A stretch of 64,000 nucleotides of DNA from Phoronis australis (taxonomy: Eukaryota > Animalia > Phoronida): NCBI GenBank assembly GCA_002633005.1, contig NMRA01000722.1:117165-181164 (forward strand). Direction: 5' to 3'. The notes beneath the pieces were generated by a model that was given only the letters and a program-made list of their open reading frames with translations, did no database searches and had not been told where the DNA came from. A program made the translations under genes and the position numbers. Shown piece by piece: positions 48,225 to 62,069 of this stretch. Each line of letters opens with the position of its first letter. The first letter of the stretch is position 1.

Positions 48225-51200
48225 TCAACAGCACTTCTTACTTGATACTCTTTTACTAGGCTGTATTTCTGATATATGAACAGCATCTGTGTGTGGCTTA
48301 CTCTTTATAACTGGTGGTTTCACATTGCCAGGCAAACAGTAGCTTAAAATATACTCAAATAAATTTTCAACATTCTGTCCAGAAAGACTAGAAGTTTCAA
48401 AAAACGGAATTTTATCTAAATCTAAAGAGCGGTTTATTTTCTTTGCATATGCCAACCCTTCCTCAACTGTCACTTGTCGATTTTGATCAGAGACTAAGTC
48501 CAGCTTGGTCCCTACAACAACCTTCAGGCAGCTGTCTAGCTCATTGTTGTCATCAACCAGAGGACGGAATCGGCGCCTGCAATAACACAATGACAATGAG
48601 AAGGGGACATTTGGTCACGCTACCGCAATATTCTGTTATATTCAGAATAAAAGTGCTATCTGCTAAGTATATTGAGCAATGCATGCCTATGAGCATTATA
48701 TGGGTTATAAATGCAAATTAAGGTTTGTGCAACTGGTGTCACTCTGCAAAAAATACATAAGAAATTCAAAATATCTAGAAAAATTAAATCAATAATTGTA
48801 CCCACTTAATTTTCATTAAACTTACAACCAAACCAAATTGTAATTTATGGCAATACTCTGAACTCCATTTCCTAAGATATTACTCTCAATGTTTTGCTGA
48901 AAAATAAACAGACAAAAGTTTGACCAAGGGGGCCATGGTCCCCCTAAAACTGTAGCAGATATAATTTTGGAGTTCGGGCGCAAATTGCTGACTAGCACAT
49001 GCGCGCAACCAGGGGGGCTCCAGGGATCAATAAACAATGCATTGGCCCTGAACAAGCCTGTTTACAATTTTTTTTGTCTTTTTTAGTCAACACAGGTCCA
49101 GGCCCGCAAACCCAAAAATTCGATACCCCTGCATCCCCATAACTTAGGCTGGCTGCGCGCGTCTGCCGAAATTCTGGTTACTCCTGTGCCCTTGCCCTCC
49201 CTAACTCAAAATCCTGGATCCGCCCCTGATAGTCAATAGTTTACATAATATCCATATATTCAAGTAATGAGAAACATTCAACAGATAGAAGGAAATTGGT
49301 TACTTGCAATGTTTTACTATTTATTCACTACCTACTCGAGCTCATTAAACGAGTCCCTACTGGAGATGTCATAGGCCAAGATGGCCGCTCCAGCGCCACG
49401 ACAATAAAAGGAGCTCAGACCAGAGAATTTCTCTTCCCCAGCGGTGTCCTAAAATAATGACATGTGTAAGTCAGTAATGAGGCAAGTTAATGAGAACACA
49501 CAGTAATACGATTGACACTAATTACCATTATCAAACCTGCTATAGTCCAATAAATCAAGTCAAAATGAAAAAAAATTGCTATATTGATCTGTTTTGCCAA
49601 TGTCAAAATATATGTGTCACAACTCAGTCATTATATTGTTTTTATACTCCAGGCAGAGCCCAACTATGACATTTTTAGAACAAAAGGAATATGAAGTAAT
49701 ATCAGTTTAAGACCTGACTAAACTTTTTGTTAGCGAGCTTGATACTGGTACGTACGTTTGTAATTTCGGAACAGTCTCCTTTTGTAAAGTGTGCAGGTAT
49801 GAAGTAAAATACCGAGAGACATAACAAACAAACAAATAAAAACAGTTGCAGCTATATTTTGTGACTGCATGTCACACCATCAGGCAATAGTAGAATGAAC
49901 TTATACATAGCGAAATAGACTGAAATACACGTGACATCGGGAAGAGAAGCTTATAAGCAGAGAGCGTGAATGCAATACACGGTAGGAAGCCCGCAACCCT
50001 ATGGAAACAGAGCCAGAGTGTGATACACACCTGTGAGCTGTTCATTCAACACAGGTTTTTTGTGACTGATCAGTAGCGATTCCAAAATCTTTAACTGAAA
50101 TGTGTCATTTTCAACATAGCAAATGATGGTATTGTCTGGTAGTAGACAATGATGGTATTGTCTGGTAGTAGACAATGCTGATATGACATGCAGTCATGAA
50201 ATATAGCTACTGTTTTTATTTGTTTGTTTGTTATGACTCTTGGTATTTTACTTCATACCTGCACACCTGAAGAAAGGAGAATGTTCCAAAATTACAAACG
50301 TACCAGTATCAAGCTCGCTAACAAAAAGTCTAGCCCTGTCTTTAACCTAGTTTGTGTAAACGAAGGGCTACTACAGAACTATACTGATATCAGTTTAAGT
50401 AAACATTAGCCACTACTTGCTTAATACACATGACCAACATGTGTATAATTCACTAAGACTTGTTGAGCAAGTAACTTACCCAAATGGCAGCATTGTACTT
50501 TCCCCATGACTTGAGAAAAAAGGAGGCACCAATTGTCTGAAATGAACATATTCCATTACAAAGCATCCCATTATAAATTTTTGAGAAAACTAATTGCTAA
50601 AAATCAACTTTTTTCCTTTGTAAAAGGTTTTTAACATTGTTGGGAATGCCAATAATTTTTCAAAATATTGCCTGAGATTTTATTGTACACATCATTAAAT
50701 GGACATTATTGGCTAGAAAAGTTAATTTCGGAAAGGCAGCCTCAGAACGGATTTGAACCTCCAATTCTTGCAGTTACAGTCTAATGCTATGCTGACCGAG
50801 GAAAATCCAGCTCGATTAATGGCTGGGTATTTTAACTGAGAACATTAAGCTTGTATATTCACCCACCTCAATTTCAGCGAGTACTTAGCAAGCAATGGTA
50901 ATTTGATCATAATAAATTAGCAATTTTATTGTGTAAGAGCTTTGGTCAAAGCTAGTAACTTCAAAAAGTCTATCCCACCCAGCAATAATACCAAACTATA
51001 TTTTTTGCTGTTAAACTTATGGACTTCGTCCTAGACCTTTTCGCAATGCCTCCCACCAAAGACTTAGCAGGTGCTCGTGGACTGTCGCTGCTGTTAACGC
51101 AACCATGGGTGTCATCGGCGAACACATGATCGCACAAGATGCTGCTTGGCTGCCAGTACAAGAACTTGGTGAGGAACCGAATGTCATCATTGCTTTCAAC

Positions 51201-52201
51201 AGGGAAGCTCGGGAATGGCTTCCTGGAGTAGCCCAAGCATTGTGCCGTCAGCAATGGCGTGATCTTGGCGGTATTAATGCCATCATTGTAGCAACTGATG
51301 GATCCTTCGATGGTGAAACTAATCGTGCGGGATGGGGTTATCAAATACGCTGTGCTAACAACGTCATTGCGGAAGGTAGTGGNNNNNNNNNNNNNNNNNN
51401 NNNNNNNNNNNNNNNNNNNNNNNNNNNNNNNNNNNNNNNNNNNNNNNTATCCCCAGTGATCCTGTCCGTGACAGGTATTATTAGGTATTGCCGTTAAAGC
51501 AATAATGTTCATTTAATGAAGATAATTTCAATATTTGATATTTGACGCAGTAAATCAGGAAAGAAAGTTTAAAGTTTGTTTTTGGACAGAATTATGAATA
51601 TCTTAAATGTATAGATCATGATTTTCCCTGAAAATGGTCAGAATGAATGTAATCAGACTAGTTCTATGGAATAACACGTCTTAAATGGAACTCCCATTTG
51701 GTGGCAGACACCATTAGTTCTGACATGTTTGGTGTACAAAAAAAAAATTGTACAATACATGACATTTGTTTCCTGAAACTAAGTTTGGCCGTAAACTGAT
51801 TGATGATCGTTTTGCAGTGGACATGTAAAAGCAACTGCTGGTTCCTTCTGTCGTTTTGAGACACAATAGACATGATGTATATACGCTTATTGGTCGATTG
51901 CAGAAACAGCATATTAAGTGTCGGGGAAAGAGGATCAGGGAATTCTCAGAATATTTTTCAATTAATAATTAATTTGAGATAATAAAAGAGAATTTCCTAA
52001 TTAAAAAAAAACAGAAAAAAACAGAATTGTATGTCTTTGCCATTTAAGCATATTTCTTTGTTTATAAAATCGAAAATCAGGGTGTCTGTGAAAGAACATT
52101 GACTTACACTGATTGTGTCTTGGAACTTCCCCTCAATGTACCTCAATATAAGGGTGGTCTTGCCAACACTAGCTTCGCCCACAATGACAATCTTCAAGTC
52201 A
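48225..52201 (-). CDS. RAB20: Rab-family small GTPase, Rab20-like (first coding exon not identified)
   Basis: Exons 52201-52108 (DLKIVIVGEASVGKTTLILRYIEGKFQDTIS), 50536-50480 (TIGASFFLKSWGKYNAAIW), 49448-49336 (DTAGEEKFSGLSSFYCRGAGAAILAYDISSRDSFNELE), 48576-48225 (..VVGTKLDL..FFETSS..KKCC*), all GT-AG and in frame. The shortened interswitch K.W..YN..IW and YCRGA match Rab20; C-terminal CC prenylation motif. Confidence 0.8.
51015..51382 (+). mobile_element. Retrotransposon RNase H fragment (probably non-LTR) in a Rab intron, truncated by an N-gap
   Basis: Open frame ...HQRLSRCSW...IIVATDGSFDGETNRAGWGYQIR..VIAEGS: RNase H first-Asp motif TDGS..GWG. Confidence 0.65.
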
Positions 52202-54649
52202 CTGAAACAACACATTTTCAGATAACTTTCGACTAACATATCTGCATAGACCAATCATAGATCCTATGAAATTTCCAAAGAAAGTGCCACTCCCACATTC
52301 CAGTTAGTGAGCAGACGACAAGTAAAACATGCCATTATACCACATGAATAGTGACATCACACAAAATATCTATGGATTTTTGGTTAATTGTATGAAATAT
52401 GCACATTGTCAGAAAGAAGAATTTATTTCTCTACCATGAGAGCATTATACTTTGGATTTGTTAAATACCAACATTCGCTCACCAGTGCGGAAGATTTGAT
52501 TACGGAACTGAAAGTGGCACATTGCATGTATCAGGTCCGGTATAAAACCACGTGTCAAATACTACCCCTCCCATCATCATGACTATATTTCTGTTTCTTG
52601 TGGTGTAATATATCCCTGTAATCGATACAGCATCTCTTCTGACCTAGTTCTGTTGAATAAAAACTGAAAATGATCTGTATGGGAGGACATGATCAGCATG
52701 AGAGGACATGGTATTATGGGTGTCAAGGGACAAATATATCTTTTAACAAAGATAAACCAACAAAATGTTATGACAAACTCCTTGTCTTTTTCAACTTAAA
52801 GCATCAACAATAGACGCTGGCAAATAAGAATTTTACTTTATTTCCCTTAAAACATAAATACAACAAAATATCTATTAATTACTTATTTTCCATTAAAAAG
52901 CAACTCATCCAAAGTCCCTGCAGATAATAGTTTCCTACTACTAATATCTTTAAAAACTTAAAAAAATATTAGCCAACCAAAGTAAACAATTTCATTACTT
53001 TACAGGACAAATTGTGACGTGAACATATAATGCAACATACACGACAATACACATAGTCTTATACACAACAAAATTTTGATCAAAATTTTAACTTTTCCAT
53101 CACACCATGTATAAGATTTCGTTAGGGAACCAAACATTAATGTATTGTCTTGAGGTCTTGATCAGTCCGCTTCTGGGTTTTCAGTCAGTATAATAACACT
53201 GCCCCAGGCCAGAAATAGACCAAAAATGTTTACATATTCTAATATTCCCTGATTACAGATTTCTTAGTGTTTAAAGAATATGATTTATTTCTATTTTTAA
53301 GGATGCAGTTCATAAAATGAGTAATTATTTATGACATCACATGAGGAAAATTAGCTTTATCTGATATCCCTAACACACTGTGTAAACATGGAGTTGCTAT
53401 TGTTTATACTACTTTCCAGTACCTAGCTACAAAATTAACAAAACAAGCAGATGTTCATCTTGCAAGATTCCGCGAGGTATTAACGTATATTTTCAACGAG
53501 AGCATGTTGTCTTAATTTTTCTCCTCGAGTTACAGCTTTTGAACAGTGGCGAATCTGCAATGAGTACAGTAATATAAAGGTCTCTCTTAAGGGAGAATGC
53601 CACCCAAAAAACAACCTAGTTTGCATCAGTTTAGATCGAGTAGTTCCACTCGATAACAGCAAGTACAGCTCTTTTACCTGACATCTGACGGCAGACGGAG
53701 GTGTTGAAATTAACCAATGATGCCAGAGGTTCGAATGCAGTCTGTTCACTAGTTCACAACAGGCTTACTGGTGTCAGCTTACCACTTGAATTCCTCGTTT
53801 TACACCAATAAATCATCAAAATTTGATGTAAAACTCTTACACATTGAGTTATTGAACAAACGTGTTCTTTCGCTGTTACAGATTTTTAGGTATTTGAACG
53901 TACCGTAGCCTACAAAGTTCGGTAGGCCAAGTTACCAAGGTCTGTGGTCGCGGGAGTTTCGGTGATAAATTCAAATGATTCGTCTGTGAAATACAGACAG
54001 GAAAACATAGCTATGTGTTGTAATTTTAGACTTGCGATTTTTTCAGTTCTAAACACACAAAACGCTTGCTATCCCGGCCAATGGCTCAGAACCCGATCAG
54101 ACCCATCGCGGCAGGACTGAAGACATCACGAACATAAACCATCCAAAGTTGGAAACTAAACTTCCAGTCACGAAAACACTATATTAGTGAGCCAAAGAAA
54201 AAATGTGCACGTGGTTATTTTGGTGAATTAGCCACGAAACTTCAAATATACTTACTAGCTCGTTGACGGTCACAAAGTCAGGTTACCCATCCACAGAACC
54301 ATCAGGGCAAAACTTGTACAGTAACAATGATTCGACAGCTTTCTGTGAGCAAACACTGAATTAGCATGTGCTCACACGGCCTCGGTGCCAGGTCAATCAG
54401 TTTATTGCATCAACAAAGCCGGTAATGCAGTGATTTATTCATTACTGGCTTCTAAAAAACATTTGCACTCATGAACATTCCAAGGCATTACAAATTGTAT
54501 CTAATAATACAGACTTTGTTTCAGTTTGATATCAGCAATGGTTAGGGTGAGAATAATTCATTTTGAAACAGAACTAACAATAATAAACGTCAACCTGGCA
54601 ACTCGCAATCCCAGACCTAGACGAGTGGTCATCGGACGAAGACTTCATA

Positions 54650-55345
54650 GGTCAATCATTAGGTTTCACAGGCTATCAGTTCGAACTGGAATACACTGAT
54701 CAAGAAATAATAGAGTCTCCTCGAACGTGTACAGACAACGGAACACATGGATAGTTCCGAAAACCTCTTGACTGACTTGTCATGGTGTCAGTGAGCTAAC
54801 TGCACGATTATGCAAGCGAATGATGTGTTTGCTGCCACGAAATTCCGCAAGTGAAACGCCTTCTTGGAGAAGCGCAGATGTGTCACACAACCATTCTGAT
54901 TTTGCACCACATCTAAACAGAGGTGTGCTTACGACGTTTTTTAGGGCTGAGAAAAAGAAGTGGCAAAACATCCTACACCTGGAGGAACAAACAGAAGTCT
55001 GACGAACGAGTCAGTCATCAAACACATTATATGAAACGTTATGTTCTCAAGCCTTGAATTAATTGTAATTGTTTATGTTTTCATGGCTATAATTACAATT
55101 CTCCATAATCAAAAACTGATCAACAACTGATCCGACGATTGCAGGCCACTGGCAGACATGGCAAAGATTCACAGCCTCATATTTGGTATTAATGGCGTAC
55201 GTTTCATTCTTCACTACCGCGAGCCACTTCCGAAGCATTATGGGCTCTTGAGGAAATCGAAAAAAATGATATACCCACTTTCCTCGCAGCTTAATTGATC
55301 GCAAAAGCGGGAACGATACACCAAACCATAGCGGCACTCTGCAGA
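54650..55345. mobile_element. Degenerate Kolobok-like DNA transposon remnant (KolX/P2X7-C-terminal-like on +, THAP on -)
   Basis: + strand, broken frames: GYQFE..., DLSWCQ*ANC.., CVCCHEIPQVK.., HSDFAPHLNRGVL. - strand, broken frames: MVWCIVP.., FFRFPQEPIMLRKWLAVVK (THAP). Confidence 0.55.
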
Positions 55346-56701
55346 AGAACCACCGATGTTGCTACGTCGTTTCTCAGTACCTTCCTCACAGGTTAACGCG
55401 ACACCTCTCAGTGAGGTAAGATCGATCGTATACGTGTTGATGAGGATATAGACTGATCAAGATGGTAAAAAAGGCAAATTAAATCGGGTGGAATTCTCTT
55501 TTAATGTATGCCAAAATTGCACCAGTGCCGTTTAACTTGGCTACCAGTACTTTACAAACTGGATGACAAATAAACTTTTCTAACCATAGTATGATTAAGA
55601 AGTGTGGTTGTTGACCGTATACAAGGTGATGTGGATATAGAAGATGGTAAAAAAGACTAATTAAATCGGGTGGCATTCTCCTTTAGTCACTCCCTTTAGG
55701 ACAGTTGCTCTTTGCCTTTGCCGGGTGGTCTACTTAGGATGCCTGGCTTTGAACCTTGAAACAATTTGATTATTCACTATACTGGCACCCAACAACGGTA
55801 TGGATACAAAGGAAGCACACAGCCTCCTTAATTTTATGGTGCCATGATGGCTGACGACCGTTAGTTGTGACATGTATGGTGCCATACATGGTTGAGAGAG
55901 GCGGATGTAAGGAGGGGAGGGGGTAAATGTATAGGACACCTCGGATTGAAGCAAAATGTACCGAGTTTGAAACTTGGAACAAGATGATTTTCAATATAGA
56001 ACTCTACCCAGGTTAGGTTGCTGAAAGATCAATTGCGCAACTGAATTGTTGAAATGTTTTGTTTGAACAGAATCTCATTCATTCTCATTGAGTCGGAGTG
56101 TTATGGCGTAAGATACCAACTAATACAGTAGTGCCAAAACTAAAAGATCACTTAATATACTCACGCTTTCTTTTTTGAACCACTAGCCATTCCAGTTGCT
56201 TCAAATTAAAAATGCTGAAGCTTAAACAATCAAAATCATTTTAACTGACTTTGTTTACAGTCCCACGCCAAACCAGGAAGTGTGCAATGACCTATAAATT
56301 ATAAAACCACGCACGAAACGATGACGTACTTCGCGGCACGTTTTCGACTTTCTGCTTTCTGATACAAGTTCTCCTCTGAAACCACAAAATGACAACATTA
56401 ATTGGCATTCCTGACGAAGAAACGAAGGCCCTTTTGGAACTTTCTCCTGAAATCAGTAAAATTGGGGGAAAACAGGTAGATTTTCTTAGTACATTATTAT
56501 CCCACACAATTAGGTCTAACACGTTTCAGCGTTGTAAATGCTTTCAGCCTTTAACCTGGGTGTCTATTCATTCATGTGTCGGTGAGTCTAGTCTAGACAT
56601 TCATTGATCACCGTCTCTAGCTTACCCAGTAGAGGGGGGGGGGGGGAGGGAGAGGCTATAGCCGGGTATAGCCCACAATTTTTTCAGTGCAGCGCCGCCC
56701 A

Positions 56702-57242
56702 TGTGACCTAATCCTGACCCGGGGATAGAACCAGCGACCCCCTTAAAACCGGCAAGCGTGCTAACCATTCAGCGAATAGGCAATTGCTCGTTAGACATTA
56801 GCGAGTAGCTAACAGAGGCTCGTATATGATTCACCGGAAGCACATCTACAACATTCCCCCCTTTCCTACGGAACAGAGGCACGCCACCAGGAAGGTGAAC
56901 ACCAGGATGTCTCGCATACAGGTCACTGGTACCTTTACCACCAGAACACAGGTGAACACAAGGTAGTGTCTCATACAGGTCCTTGACTCCTGGAACCTTC
57001 CATGCGCCAAATGCGCGCTGTCTCGAGGTCTGCGGATACTTTTTGGCAGTGCTTCATCGGTATATCATATCCGTTAGCCGATTACGCCATTTGTAGTAAT
57101 AGCTGAGATTACCCGACCCGGGAATCAAACCAGCGACCCCCCCATAAAACCGGCAAGCGTGCTAACCATTCAGCTAACAGGCAATTGCCCGTTAGTGAGT
57201 AGCTAACAGAGGCTCATATGATTCACCGGAAGCACATCTACA
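56702..57242 (-). mobile_element. Miniature non-autonomous LTR retrotransposon (TRIM) with tRNA-like LTRs
   Basis: Direct repeats 56702-56850 and 57092-57242 (TG...CA); PBS tggcgtaatcggc 2 nt inside the 5' LTR on the minus strand; polypurine tract aaaggggggaatg next to the 3' LTR; A/B-box-like motifs inside the LTRs. Confidence 0.72.
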
Positions 57243-59173
57243 ACTGGGGCTTCACTGATACGACGGAAGATTTTTGGCGAATTCTCACACTGATTATAAA
57301 ACATCGAAGTCACGTTATTATAAATACCTTTTGTGCATAGAGCAGAGATATATACCAATGCGAGTAAAAATGGTATTGAGCGAGTAGAAGTTCACGTGCC
57401 GGTTGCCTAGGTGGTGAGCACATTTTCAGAGCGCAAAATAAAAACTCAAATCGTTTACAAGGTGAAAACTAATAAATTTTCTCATCCTTGTGCAGTTTTT
57501 ATCTTGAATTTAAGGTAAATTTTGGCTCGCGTCTCGATGCTCCAGTAGTAAAAACATCGACGCAGTGTGCTCCTACTGAGTCAGTTTTGCGATTTGTGTA
57601 GACAAAAGGTCACAGGAGGTCCTGCACCAAGGAATTTATGGACTAGTCCGAAACGAAGAAAAAGGGGGAAGGCGGAGACGGGTCCATGTGCTCACAGCGA
57701 GTGAAAAAAACATATTTCTTGGAATTGACACCTTATTTTGCAGTGTAATTTTAGCCAAGATTTTTTAATATATAATAATGGTTGAGAACTTAATTACAGT
57801 GATTGTCTTTGTTATCTTTACTACCAAAGTAATATAAAATATTGCAGTTTTTTAGCTAGATTGATCGCATAGAATCTATTTAATGTAGCCATAAGATTTC
57901 CAGATGCAAAGATTTTTTTCGTATTTTGGTCCAGTTTAGCAGTACAGTACAGCACAGCATTTCTCGATGTGGCCACTGGCACGACACCCCTTGAAAACTG
58001 TTCTAGTCCACACATGAGGCAGAATCCTGATACGCGCGTTGACTTGTGCACAACTGGTGCACGTGCTATTGTCTTGGGTGCCATTGCCTCAAGTTTTACG
58101 ACTTCTCATGGGAGATGACAACAGCAAAATTTGTTCGGAAATTCAGTTTGCTGGCATTAAAAACTTTTAATGAATTGTGGAAAACAAAATTGTGGTAGTT
58201 AGTTGTGACGTGTACTTCTCCTCGTAAAAGAACAACAGTTGATTGAAGAATCGGCGAAAAAAGAAACTGACCGGGCTGGTGGGTGATGCAATGTTTCATG
58301 CCACCGAAAGCTGACGCAAAAGATGATGCTGCAATTTTAGCAGCAGAATAAACGGTAGAACGCCAGGTTTTTCAAGAACGGTAAATAATTTTCAGTCTAC
58401 TCAAGCAAGAGATCAGTTTTTAACAACACTACTTTTTGTCAGATTTTATCTCGTCAGTTTTTTACCCACGTCGGCACAAAGCTCTACATTAATATACGAC
58501 TTTGCGCCAAGGCTATGTCGTGCGTTGCTGGCCTCGGTCATCGACGTTGAAAGTTTCTTGGAATTCTGCATTGTGCAAAAATGATGCTAGCCCTAATACT
58601 GAGATGGTTACAACAATGCACATAAGAATCATTTTTATTGCCCTTGGCAGCAAGTTTGTGGTGTCCGACGCGCAACATCCAGGCGAGCTACCTTTGAGCT
58701 GGGTGAGTAGATTTTCTGGCTCACTCACCCAGCTGGCGAGAGGAGTTTTGAAACCTGGGTATATCCCTGTAGAGGGACACCTGAGCAGGCCGTCGATGTA
58801 TTTAATTCCTTCCAACTGGAAGAAATACTCCCATTATCAATCGTTTTTTCGAGCAGTCCCACGTTCAGTTCCCAAAATCGGTAACTGGCCATGTTTACAC
58901 TGTGCATGTCAGGGATGTGACGTAACACCACCTGTTGGGACTGTATTCCTTGGTTTGGTTGCCCAAATCGGCAACTGGCAGTAACATCATGTGTACCAAG
59001 TGAATGGGCTGGGGACTGCCGTTACGAACGCGCCCAATGTCCATGTCTTCAAACAGAATTACTGGGACTTTGTGCGTGGTTTGGGATTGTAGTCCTCAGC
59101 TCATCATTATTTACCCTCATTTATCTTATTTATTCATCTAATTGTGCATAATTATTAACAAATTTTTTCACTA

Positions 59174-60945
59174 ATTTATTACTTGGCGAAATAAATTTCG
59201 CCAAGTATGTTGCTCTTCCACTAAGTTTTTACTTGGCGAAATAAATTTCGCCAAGTATGTTGCTCTTCCACTAAGTTTTTTTTTTTTTTTTTTTTTTNNN
59301 NNNNNNNNNNNNNNNNNNNNNNNNNNNNNNNNNNNNNNNNNNNNNNTTTAGATAGAGTTTTGAACGGGCTTTCAGATGATAATTTCCATTTTGCGCTACG
59401 ACGTCTACTTTTTGAATTATTCGAGATTTTCGGATACCGTTGGTCCTTCGGTCACGTATGCACTCAGCTGGCTGGCTTTCAGTTCACTTTGTTTTGTTTA
59501 TGTCTGCACAAGTTAACAGAGAGTTTTGACCCCGACTGACCCAGGTAGCACTGTCGTACTGTAGACTGGAATTCCAGGCGAAATACTATTGTAAACATAA
59601 CTTTGCTCTGCAGACTGTCACATAGTGCCACCTATTTTGGATTGCGGGAACAAAGCATGGCTCGTCCGTCATGTTGCGCTATCTTTTATTGTAGTTGATT
59701 GTCTGCTCTCTATTTGATTTCTTCGTTTTTTTTTACTTGGCGAAATAAATTTCGCCAAGTATATTGCTCTGACACTATGTTTGTTTTTTTTTTTTTTTGT
59801 TTGTTCGCACGATACAGGTCGCAATTTTCGTCCGATCATCACGAAATTTACACATAACACGTACTTCCGCAAGTCCTGGAAGCCTATTGTTTTTCGTCAA
59901 AATCGGATCCAAGATGGCGGCTGTGGCGGCCATTTTGTTTCCATTTAAAGGTTCAAATGCTTCTGGAGGCTACAATTTTTTACATAGAAGGCTAAGAATC
60001 GGCACAGTAAATGGACCGGTAGCTTGCTACAAGTATACTGGAAATTGTGTACTTCCGGCTAAAGATGGCGGAAATATCGGCGATCGCGCATGCGCACCTC
60101 AATTTTGGCTTAAAAACGTTTTCTCCTGTAGAGGGCGCACTATAAGGCCAATTCCTTTGAAGTTTTACGGATATTAGTTTCTTGTGAAATGCTATTATAT
60201 CAACCCAAAAAACCGGAAGTTGCATTCAAGATGGCGGATCTTGTGGATGTTGACCTATTTTCAGTCGTACGTAGATGCTATTTAAACGGGTGAAGGAAAA
60301 GACGTGAATTTTTGCATGTGGATTGTCTAAGGTATACTCTTTCAAATAAACTGTAACAATTTTTTTCTCAGACTTACCGTTTTCGAGTTATTTGACTTTG
60401 AATTTCTTAAAAAATAAGCAAAATTTCATTTTTTTCGAAAAATTTACGGAATTAGACGATACCATCAGCTTAGATAGAATTTTGAACGGGCTTTCAGAAG
60501 ATGTTTTCCATTTTTCGCTAGGACGTCGACTTTTTGAGTTATCTGAGATTTTCTGATAACGCTGTTCCTTTGTTGAGCGCTCTTGTTGGTTTATCTTCTA
60601 TTGAACTAGACTGTAGCCTATTTCTTATTGATTTATGACATCTAAGTTCATCATATGAATGTTGTGATGTTGTTCATCATCGCCACCACCATCACCATAT
60701 TCGTCATCATCGTCGTCATCTTCGTCATCATCTCCGTCGTTGTCTTTTCCGTTAATTTCGCCAAGTGTCGCACAAGACTGTATACTTTTTCTTACTGATT
60801 TCGGACTTCTACGTTCGTCATGTGTATGTTATTATAGTTCATCCTCGCTACCATCATCGTCATATTCGTCATCTTCGTCATCATCTTTATCGTCATCTTT
60901 TTGGTTAATTTCGCCAAGGTTCGCTCCTCGGAGCGCTTTCATTTT
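59174..60945 (+). mobile_element. Helentron-like family 2 element (compound, with N-gap)
   Basis: 5' hairpin acttggcgaaataaatttcgccaagt (three times), T-tract, body matching 25371-26462, 3' end ttcgctcctcggagcgctttcatttt. Confidence 0.75.
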
Positions 60946-62069
60946 ACTTATTAATCTTTTCAATCTAATTGTACATAGGTCTCTGTATTTTACTTCATGT
61001 ACTTATTTCCAACTGGGCCCACTTGGAAATCAGTGTATCCAATGAAGTGGTCAGCCAGTCTTTTAAAGAAGTTTAAATAAATAAATAAATGATGAAAGAT
61101 TTATACTGTCAACGTAATCAGCACTGAAGCAAACGACTTCTAAGTAATTAAAACATGCAACAAAACTAAATACACGCTAAAATTCGTACGTCATAGTAAC
61201 ATGTGATCAACAGTCATACATTTTAAGTGCTACCAGAACTTACAAATATCTGTTAGAATCTACATGATACTGGCCATGTTTACACTCTGCTCGCCAGGAG
61301 ATATGACGTCATTTAACTACTTCGATTGGCCTTTGAGTATGTTAGTACATAATTTGCTAATCGTGTTTTTTACAGGTGAACTTTCAGAGTTGTGCACCAG
61401 TTGCTGCCAATTGCAGGACGTGTCAACAGACTCTTGTATTGGTTACCCAGATCTACTGTCCTCTGCACAACTCTCCATATCATAGGATTTTGTACGTCTT
61501 CGCCTGTGTTCACCCAAAATGTCGAAATACTGCTGAGAGGTAGGACTTGCAATACAATCTTGTGTAAACAGAGGGCTTCTGTCTTTAGAAATGTATTCTG
61601 AAAATTGTTGATAAGTCATTTTATGTGTAATAGTTTTCAAAATAAACTTGGTAATTTTGACAAAATTTCGAAGAACTAAGTTGTGATAAGACTCCGTTTC
61701 AATTCTGGCTAAATATCTGGCTAAATATCAACAAAATCCAGATAGATGTTGCTCCCCCGTGCTTTGTCAATATTGTGACAACTTTACATGCAGGTCCATT
61801 CACAAATTAACAAATCTATAGCTAAGTGCAATGGTGCCATATTAAACTCTCACTTAGTTCTACAAATACATTATTTTTTGGAACAAAAGTTCAACTCTCT
61901 GCCAAATAATTCTGGCAAGAAATGTTTCATAGTTCCATTGAAGTCTGTTCAGTTTATTTTGAAAACTACTGTATTAAAAGCTATATGGCTTTCCACCTAG
62001 TGGAAATAAGCTACATCTGTGACTTGCCAATAAATAATAGATTACTGCTGTAGAAACTCTAATAATCTA

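Noticed and set aside
52770-53690. Candidate Rab start exons (ATGTCAG|GTAAAA near 53680 and a micro-exon near 52780)
   Set aside because: The phase requires a speculative micro-exon with weak splice sites; cannot be supported without transcripts.
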